A DNA stretch of 64,000 bases, taken from the NCBI GenBank assembly GCA_963710755.1, contig CAVQBK010000004.1:32001-96000 (forward strand), in the 5' to 3' direction. The DNA comes from an uncultured bacterium. Its GTDB lineage: Bacteria; Oederibacteriota; JAAXVQ01; JAUVAV01. Under the pieces are notes generated by a model, which saw only the letters and a program-made list of their open reading frames with translations, was not told the origin of the DNA and made no database searches. Shown one piece after another: positions 57,402 through 64,000 of the stretch; the stretch's first letter is position 1, and every line of letters starts with the position of its first letter. A program made the translations under genes and the position numbers.

Positions 57402-60006
57402 AGAAAAATTTCTAGCTTACTTCAAGGACAAGGGCCATGCCTGTCCGCCCAGTGCTTCCCTGGTGCCGGGCGATCCCACCGTACTGTTTACCGTGGCCGG
57501 CATGGTGCAGTTCAAACCATATTTTTTGGGTTTGGGCAAGAAGCCTTTCACACGGGCTGCCACCGCCCAAAAGTGCATCCGCACCAATGACATTGACAAT
57601 GTGGGGTTTACCCCCCGCCATCATACCTTTTTCGAAATGCTGGGCAATTTTTCCTTCGGCGATTATTTCAAACACGACGCTATTACCTGGGCCTGGGATT
57701 TTTTAACCAATGTCTGCGGCCTGGACAAGGAGAAATTGTGGGTTACCATCTACAAGGATGATGATGAAGCCTTTCAGATTTGGCATGAAACTGTCGGCCT
57801 GCCCAATAAAAAAATTATTCGCATGGGAGAAAAAACCAATTTTTGGACCATGGGCGAAACCGGTCCCTGCGGGCCCTGCAGCGAAATTCTTTATGATAAG
57901 GGGCCTGTAGCCGGCAAACCTGATCTGGGACCCGATGAAGATGAAGACCGCTACCTGGAGGTTTGGAATCTGGTATTTACCCAGTATGATCGCAAGGCGG
58001 ACGGTGGCCTGAACCCGCTACCGCAAAAGAACATTGATACCGGTATGGGCTTGGAACGGTTGGCCGCGGTCATCCAACAGGTGCCGTCCAATTTTGATAC
58101 CGACCTTTTCCAGCCGATTATCCAGACTATTGCCAATGCCGCCACCGTGCGTTACGGCAAGGACGACAAGCACGACAGTTCCCTGCGCGTCATTGCCGAC
58201 CATGTGCGCTCCGCCGTTTTTTTAATCACTGACGGCGTGTTGCCGGGTAACGAAGGCCGGAGCTATGTGCTGCGCCGTATTCTCAGGCGCGCCCTGCGTC
58301 ACGGCAAACTGTTGGGCCTCGACGATCTTTTCCTATACACCTTGGTGCCGGTGGTGGTGGAGATCATGGGAGGGTGCTATCCGGAGATTAAACAGCGCCA
58401 GGACCATGTCACGGCCATCATTAAAAGTGAAGAAGAGCGTTTTCAACATACCCTCGACGCCGGGCTGGCCCGGCTCAATGACGTCATGGCAGAGGTCAAA
58501 AAACAAAACCGTGCCATTATTCCAGGAGATAAAATATTCCAACTTTATGATACCTTTGGCTTTCCCATGGACTTAACCAGAGAAATTGCCTTGGAGCATA
58601 AACTGTCGCTTGATGAAGCCGGATTCGAACAGGCCATGGAGCAGCAGCGTCAGCGGGCGCGGCATGCTTGGGCGGGGAGTGGCGACCGGGCCATTGCTCC
58701 GGTGATTAGAGAATTGACAGCCAAACTGCCGGTTACTGAATTTCTGGGTTACCTGCAACTAAAAGCTGAGGCCGAGGTCAAGGCCCTGGTGATAGGCGAC
58801 CAGGCGGCGGCTCAAGCCCAGGCCGGCGATCAAGTCTTGGTGGTGCTGGACCGTACGCCTTTTTATGCTGAATCGGGCGGACAGGTTGCCGATCAAGGGC
58901 AGCTGATATGGCCTGACGGCAGCATGGACGTGGAAGATGTGCAAAAACTACCGGAGGGCCATGTGCTGCATTTAGGGCAAGTGAAACAAGGCACCCTGAC
59001 CTTGGGCGCTGCGATTCAGGCTGTGGTGCACAATGAAGAGCGTGCCGCCACGGCTCGCAATCATACGGCCACCCACCTGCTGCATGCGGCTTTGCGCCAG
59101 GTGCTGGGCACCCATGTGGAACAGGCCGGCTCCGAGGTGCGGCCCGACCGTTTTCGATTTGATTTTACTCATTTTCAACCGGTAAGCCACAACGAGATGG
59201 ATCACATTGAAGCTATTGTCAACCGCAAGGTTATTGAGAATATCCGTGTCAACACGGTTGAGCTTTCCGTAGAAGAGGCCAAGGCTAAAGGTGCCATGGC
59301 CCTGTTTGGGGAAAAATACGGGGACTGGGTGCGGATGGTGCAGGTGGATGACTTTTCCAAGGAGCTCTGCGGAGGTACCCATGTCACGGCCACCGGGGAC
59401 ATTGGCTTGATGCGTGTGGTCAACGAGACCGGGGTGGCGGCAGGTATACGCCGGATTGAAGCGGTGACCGGCGAAGGCGCTTATCGTGAAGTTAAACAGG
59501 AACAAAAAATCCTGCGCGATTTAAGCAGCACCATGCGTGCCCCTGAGAGTGAGCTGGCTGACCGGCTGGAAAAGGTATTGGTCCGTATCAAGGAGCTGGA
59601 AAAGGAAAATGAAAAACTGCAAATCCAGCAGACCTCTTCCGGACTGGATGAGCTGATGCAAAAAGTCAAAGAAGTGGCGGGCATCAAAGTGCTGACCGCC
59701 AAACTTAAGGGATTCAACCCCAACGCCCTGCGCACGGCCGTGGACAACCTTAAAACCAAGCTGGGCACCGGGGTCATTGTATTGGCCAACGAAGACAGTG
59801 GCAAGGTAACTTTGATTGCCGCGGCCACCAAAGATATAGCAGGCAAGAAAGTCCATGCCGGCAATATTATCCGGGAAGTGGCCAAAACGGTTGGCGGGTC
59901 CGGCGGCGGGCGGCCGGATTTTGCCCAAGCCGGTGGCAAAGATGTTTCCAAACTGGATGAGGCACTGGGGCAAGTTGAAGCCGTGGTTCGCGCACAGCTG
60001 AATTAA
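57376..60006 (+). CDS. alaS: Alanine--tRNA ligase
   Basis: AGMVQFKP, HHTFFEMLGNFSFGDYFK, DTGMGLER, NHTATHLLH, ELCGGTHV, GGGRPDFAQAGG. Confidence 0.98.
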   Translation: MIMTSTEIREKFLAYFKDKGHACPPSASLVPGDPTVLFTVAGMVQFKPYFLGLGKKPFTRAATAQKCIRTNDIDNVGFTPRHHTFFEMLGNFSFGDYFKHDAITWAWDFLTNVCGLDKEKLWVTIYKDDDEAFQIWHETVGLPNKKIIRMGEKTNFWTMGETGPCGPCSEILYDKGPVAGKPDLGPDEDEDRYLEVWNLVFTQYDRKADGGLNPLPQKNIDTGMGLERLAAVIQQVPSNFDTDLFQPIIQTIANAATVRYGKDDKHDSSLRVIADHVRSAVFLITDGVLPGNEGRSYVLRRILRRALRHGKLLGLDDLFLYTLVPVVVEIMGGCYPEIKQRQDHVTAIIKSEEERFQHTLDAGLARLNDVMAEVKKQNRAIIPGDKIFQLYDTFGFPMDLTREIALEHKLSLDEAGFEQAMEQQRQRARHAWAGSGDRAIAPVIRELTAKLPVTEFLGYLQLKAEAEVKALVIGDQAAAQAQAGDQVLVVLDRTPFYAESGGQVADQGQLIWPDGSMDVEDVQKLPEGHVLHLGQVKQGTLTLGAAIQAVVHNEERAATARNHTATHLLHAALRQVLGTHVEQAGSEVRPDRFRFDFTHFQPVSHNEMDHIEAIVNRKVIENIRVNTVELSVEEAKAKGAMALFGEKYGDWVRMVQVDDFSKELCGGTHVTATGDIGLMRVVNETGVAAGIRRIEAVTGEGAYREVKQEQKILRDLSSTMRAPESELADRLEKVLVRIKELEKENEKLQIQQTSSGLDELMQKVKEVAGIKVLTAKLKGFNPNALRTAVDNLKTKLGTGVIVLANEDSGKVTLIAAATKDIAGKKVHAGNIIREVAKTVGGSGGGRPDFAQAGGKDVSKLDEALGQVEAVVRAQLN

Positions 60007-60046
60007 GTTACCCTTTTCAATACAATAAAGCCTAGGGCACGGATCT

Positions 60047-60439
60047 CTAAAACCCGAGGTTTTTGATTTCTTTCAGTAGTTCGGTCTGGCTGAAAGGTTT
60101 GATCAAATAGCCATCGCCCAGAGGTTTGAAGGGCTGGACCATATTAAGGTGGTCGTCGAGTACGGTTAGAATGATCACTTTAACACCCTGTACTCTTGCC
60201 AGACCGTCGGCCTGTTCCAGGGCGCGCAATTGCTTAAGCATATTGCCTCCGTCTAAATGAGGCATGAGAATATCCATGATAATCAAGTCATAGGGTTCTT
60301 TACTTCTGCGGGCAGTACTGAATAATTTAATGCCTTCCAGCCCGTCATCGGCAAAATCACAGACCGCCAGACTGGACAAATAAACATTCACCAGTTTTTG
60401 AATGTCCAGCTCATCTTCTACGATCAAGGTTTTAAGCAC
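60047..60439 (-). CDS. Single-domain response regulator (receiver)
   Basis: LIVEDE, IMDILMP, IILT, YLIKPF; GTG at 60439 after aggagg. Confidence 0.88.
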   Translation of the reverse strand: MLKTLIVEDELDIQKLVNVYLSSLAVCDFADDGLEGIKLFSTARRSKEPYDLIIMDILMPHLDGGNMLKQLRALEQADGLARVQGVKVIILTVLDDHLNMVQPFKPLGDGYLIKPFSQTELLKEIKNLGF

Positions 60440-60693
60440 CGAGACCCTCCTGTCCAATCCTTACCCCATGACATTCTATCATGGTTGTGAAACCTCTAAT
60501 TCGGTCACCAATAGTGTCGGTAAAAGGTGTCTTACTACTAAGCTGATGGTCGGGCAAAGAAAAGCACGAAAATGATTGGAAGAAAAGAGGCTTTCTTTTA
60601 AACTAAAGGTGGTTGGAATTGATATCCGAAGCGGTTTATGAACATGGGGAACAGGTAAGCAAGGGAAATTTCAAGCAGAAGAGGAGGCTGATC

Positions 60694-61026
60694 ATGGATG
60701 CATTTAAAAAAGTTTTTTTAGCAGGAGTGGGTGCTTTAAGTCTTTCCAAAGCTAAAGCTAAAAAAATTGTAGAAGAACTGATTGAACAAGGTCAAATCAG
60801 AAAAGATGAAGGCCAACATCTGGTTGAGGAAATGCTCCACAAGGCGGACAGCACCCGAACAGCTGTGGAAGACAAAGTAAAAAAGAACGCCACTCAAGCT
60901 TACCAAAAGCTTAATCTGGCCACCCAGAAACAACTTGAAAAAATGGAAAAGCGCATTCATAGCTTGGAACAGCAATTGGCCAAGAAAAACGCCGCCAACA
61001 CCAAAAAAGGGCAGGGCAAGCCCTGA
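60694..61026 (+). CDS. Phasin/PHA-granule-associated-like coiled-coil protein
   Basis: KKVFLAGVGAL…KIVEELIEQG…LATQKQLEKMEKRI; ATG after gaggagg. Confidence 0.75.
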   Translation: MDAFKKVFLAGVGALSLSKAKAKKIVEELIEQGQIRKDEGQHLVEEMLHKADSTRTAVEDKVKKNATQAYQKLNLATQKQLEKMEKRIHSLEQQLAKKNAANTKKGQGKP

Positions 61027-61047
61027 GTTTGCCGGGAAAAGGGTAAT

Positions 61048-61491
61048 ATGGAAATAAAAGCAAGAGTTCTGGGACTTGATTATGGAGAACGTCGCATTGG
61101 AGTGGCCATCTCCGACGGGTTGGGATTGACCGCGCAGCCCCTGGAAGTGATGGTCAACAAGGCCGGACAGATTATACCCCGGCTGGCGGACCTAATCGCA
61201 GAGCGCCAAATCAGCCAGGTGGTGATGGGTCTGCCCAAACATTTGAATAATGCGGAAGGCGTGAAGGCACAAGAAGCGCGTGCTTTCGGGCAGGCCTTGG
61301 CTCAAACCACGGGCGTCGTCGTGGATTTCATGGATGAGCGGCTCTCCACTGTGGCGGCCCATAGACTGCTGATGGAGAGCGGTCTTTCGGGTCCACAAAA
61401 AAGACAGGTGGTAGACAAACTGGCAGCAGCCATCATTCTCCAAACCTGGCTGGATGCCCAGCGCCATCAACAGGACAAAGCAGAAAGATGA
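61048..61491 (+). CDS. ruvX: YqgF/RuvX RNase H-like nuclease
   Basis: LGLDYGERRIGVAISD, VMGLP, DERLST, VDKLAAAIILQ. Confidence 0.95.
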   Translation: MEIKARVLGLDYGERRIGVAISDGLGLTAQPLEVMVNKAGQIIPRLADLIAERQISQVVMGLPKHLNNAEGVKAQEARAFGQALAQTTGVVVDFMDERLSTVAAHRLLMESGLSGPQKRQVVDKLAAAIILQTWLDAQRHQQDKAER

Positions 61492-61708
61492 ATGTAATTA
61501 TTTCCTGCTCCCGATGGGATGTTGACGTTGGGTGCAGGCTTGTTTGTATCCTTCGTTTTTTTATCAATGACGCTTCAGGGCGGGATTTAACACCATAGAG
61601 CTCTTTCGACAAAGCGGGTCTTCCTGCAACAAGAAAAAATCATCTTACGCGAAGACGCCATGGCGCAAAGAAAGGTAAGTCAACATTAGGGGCTTAAAAT
61701 GATGAGCC

Positions 61709-62470
61709 CTAATTGGTTGGATCAGGAAAAAACAACTTGAAAAACCGGGTGATGCGGCGGGGGATCAAGGACCAGCTCTTGACAAATGCATGCCATAGGC
61801 ACAGGATGCCGTATTTTAAACTGCGGCAAAAGTTAATGGAGGAAGCCTCGTTGAAATATTTGGTGGGGCAGGAGACCTCGCCAATAGGGAGATCTTGTGC
61901 GATGGCGGCGATTAAAAACTGATTGTCAAAAATAAAATCATTGGAAAAATTTTCGAAAGGAATTTTTTCCAAAACTTCCCGCCGGTAGGCCCGATACCCG
62001 GTATGATATTCGGAGAGCTTGGCCCCCAGCAGAATATTTTCCATCCACGTCAAAATACGGTTGGCCACATACTTGTAGATAGGCATGCCGCCGCGCAGGG
62101 CACCACCGTTGAGAATGCGCGAACCCAATACAATGTCATAAACTTCATCAGCCAGCATGGAACACATGGAACGTAGCAATTTGGGGGTGTACTGGTAATC
62201 AGGATGAACCATGACAATAATATCAATGTCCTTTTTCAGCACTTCCCGGTAACAGGTTTTTTGATTGGCGCCATAACCCATGTTGGAATTGTGGATGTGG
62301 GTCTCGATGTTGAGGAACTTGGCCAGCTCCGCGGTTTTATCAATGCTGTGATCATCAACCAAAATAAATTCATCAACCACATCTTTGGGAATTTCATCAT
62401 AGGTGGTTTTTAAGGTTTTAGCAGCGTTATAAGCCGGCAGTACCACGGCGATACGTTTTCCACTGATCAT
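61709..62470 (-). CDS. Family 2 glycosyltransferase (DPM1-like)
   Basis: VVLPAYNA, VDDHS, GYGANQKTCY, HPDYQY, GSR, HTGYRAY. Confidence 0.92.
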   Translation of the reverse strand: MISGKRIAVVLPAYNAAKTLKTTYDEIPKDVVDEFILVDDHSIDKTAELAKFLNIETHIHNSNMGYGANQKTCYREVLKKDIDIIVMVHPDYQYTPKLLRSMCSMLADEVYDIVLGSRILNGGALRGGMPIYKYVANRILTWMENILLGAKLSEYHTGYRAYRREVLEKIPFENFSNDFIFDNQFLIAAIAQDLPIGEVSCPTKYFNEASSINFCRSLKYGILCLWHAFVKSWSLIPRRITRFFKLFFPDPTN

Positions 62471-62635
62471 ACGGAGCTCCTTGAGGGTGGGGTTGATGTT
62501 GAGCCGGAGGCCGCTGGCCTGGTAACTGCGCCGAGGTGCGGTCCGACTGTTAGGAGTTTCGTCGCAAGCAATGCGTTACCTTATTTTTTAGTGCGCAGGA
62601 TGTTCCGGTTAAGTGATGGACTAAGAACCCGAAAC

Positions 62636-62995
62636 TTATATATTCCGTTCCGCAATATCGCCGACAATGGGCAGTTTAAAGGCAATACCCTGGGAAGCTT
62701 TGACCATCATGAAGAGCCAGATGGCAAACATGCCAATAGAGATAAAAAAGTTCAGGATAAATCCCAGGACAGGAATGATTTTCAGGACCATCATCACAAT
62801 GAAGACCGCGCCAAAAACAATGGTGGACTGCAAGGCGTGAAAGCGGACAAAAGCATTGTTTTTTTCAATGATAAAAAAGATGATGCCGGTTACAAAGCCC
62901 AGCAAGTAGGAAAGTGCCGCCGCCACGGTGGGCTCCATACCTGACGTGGTGGTACCTAAATCAGGATCCTGTTGTTTGTGCGAACGCATGACCAT
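62636..62995 (-). CDS. DUF4870-like small membrane protein
   Basis: AAALSYLLGFVTGIIF…FVRFHALQS…KASQG…FKLPIVG; ATG at 62995 after gggagg. Confidence 0.85.
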   Translation of the reverse strand: MVMRSHKQQDPDLGTTTSGMEPTVAAALSYLLGFVTGIIFFIIEKNNAFVRFHALQSTIVFGAVFIVMMVLKIIPVLGFILNFFISIGMFAIWLFMMVKASQGIAFKLPIVGDIAERNI

Positions 62996-63093
62996 GCGTG
63001 AAGCCCTCCCGGGAGAGATATGCAAAAGCTATGGCGTATTATAGGGGGGAAGAGGGGCTTTGTAAATAGGAAAGCAGGGGGGTGAGACATCTG

Positions 63094-63439
63094 TTATGGA
63101 CGTATACCATCCTGATTAATATTTCAATGAAGCGTCATGGCCTTGGCCAAGAATGAATTCCTAAAGGTTTTATTTTTAATGATTAGCCTTAAAATGATAT
63201 CATATTTTATTTCTATATTATATTTTAACTCTTCGATTTTTGCACGAAAGTAATTATCAATGACTATATCCACGACAAGCAATCAATCAAGATCCGGCCA
63301 TGGTTTGTTAATGACTTTGGTCTTGGAACCAAATAGAATAATCTCACCATCCTGATAATAAGATTGGACCAGAGATCGGAATTTTTCCTGTGTTTTTTTC
63401 AATGGGACTTAACTTTAATTACTCAATTGATTTCACCAT
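63094..63439 (-). pseudogene. Degraded minimal nucleotidyltransferase (MNT antitoxin-like) pseudogene
   Basis: Minus strand reads …KFRSLVQSYYQDGEIILFGSKTK…WPDLD*LLVVD…IEIKYDII…LH*NINQDGIRP*. Two internal TGA stops (63283, 63124) plus a 5' stop and frameshift. Confidence 0.7.
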
Positions 63440-63539
63440 CTGCGCCCGCATATTAGCCATTGTGAAAATAACCGCTATTAGCTAAGATAACACCTTGGCA
63501 ATATCACAGGCCAGTGTTTTCACAGTTTACAGGACAGGC

Positions 63540-63568
63540 TTGCAGGTGTGAGATTGGGTTGGTATACT
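63540..63568 (+). promoter_or_regulatory. Putative sigma70 promoter (extended -10)
   Basis: TTGCAG-17 nt-TATACT with TGn. Confidence 0.5.
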
Positions 63569-63617
63569 TAATAGATTATGACCTTTTTATACCCATTCTT
63601 TTTTCGGGAGTTAATTC

Positions 63618-64000
63618 ATGCCAAAAACCAAATGGTTAGGGTTGTTATTGCTGAGTTTTTTGTTGGTTTCTTATGTTTACGCCGACAGGGTTCAGGACAA
63701 ACGTAAACTCGGTCCGGTGACGTTTAGACAGGGTTACAGCCCTGATGCCATGGTATCTGATGAAGTGCTGGTGAAGTTTAAACCCGCCATAACCGCTAAA
63801 GAGCTGGGGCAATACAATGCCACTATGAAGGTGCAGGCGTCCTCCAAGCAACAGGCTATCAGTTCTTTTTACAAGGTGACCGGCGCATCCGTTAAAAAAC
63901 AGTATAAAAGCGGGTGGGAGACCCTAAAGATTCCGGCCGGGAAAAAACCGCTTGATGTCATCAAGCAATACAAGAATAATCCCCTGGTTGAGTATATTGA
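63618..64000 (+). CDS. 5' part of a secreted protein with a subtilase-type prodomain (runs off the window; absent from ORF track)
   Basis: RBS gggag; MPKTKWLGLLLLSFLLVSYVYA…DEVLVKFK…IKQYKNNPLVEYI, matching the prodomains of the two S8 proteases (LVKYK…NPNVAWVEPN). Confidence 0.75.
   Translation, partial: MPKTKWLGLLLLSFLLVSYVYADRVQDKRKLGPVTFRQGYSPDAMVSDEVLVKFKPAITAKELGQYNATMKVQASSKQQAISSFYKVTGASVKKQYKSGWETLKIPAGKKPLDVIKQYKNNPLVEYI

Noticed and set aside
62591-62944. Plus-strand 117-aa ORF
   Set aside because: Antisense shadow of the DUF4870-like membrane protein gene.
63094-63439. TGA recoding (alternative genetic code or selenocysteine) to rescue the NTase frame
   Set aside because: TGA is a normal stop for several genes here (fmt, aroF, ruvX), and the frame also has a TAA and a frameshift.
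1-64000. CRISPR array, tRNA, rRNA, integrase or transposase
   Set aside because: No regularly spaced direct repeats with spacers, cloverleaf or rRNA signatures, or recombinase motifs were recognised by eye.

Overview
Bacterial chromosomal window, almost entirely + strand, from a diderm organism (outer-membrane barrels present; lineage not determinable here). The first 31.5 kb is a cluster of three giant multidomain membrane proteins (>4600 aa and 5'-truncated; 2462 aa; ~2170 aa) plus two secreted YD-repeat-like proteins. The two complete giants share an N-terminal IQDLHC..IEG..TGGFH domain. All three end in a related ~95-aa C-terminal segment finishing in R..(G/S)AA or GASA. Their middles differ: a SecA-like ATPase in giant 1; a protein-kinase fold, an HExxE motif and an AT-rich insert in giant 2; an HExxH zincin in giant 3. 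This suggests a modular, polymorphic exported-protein system, and it is the best candidate here for something undescribed. The rest is housekeeping: clpB, yicC-gmk-rpoZ-coaBC, udg, priA-def-fmt, NTase-TPM-lemA, RNase P RNA, aroF, recX-alaS, ruvX. It is interrupted by two subtilase + PorV-like barrel pairs and a further protein with a T9SS-like C-terminal domain. Also present: tandem sigma54-type elements before clpB, REP-like palindromes, a nucleotidyltransferase pseudogene, and the start of a third subtilase-like gene at the right edge. No CRISPR array, tRNA, rRNA or transposase was recognised. All domain calls come from motif reading by eye, not from database searches.
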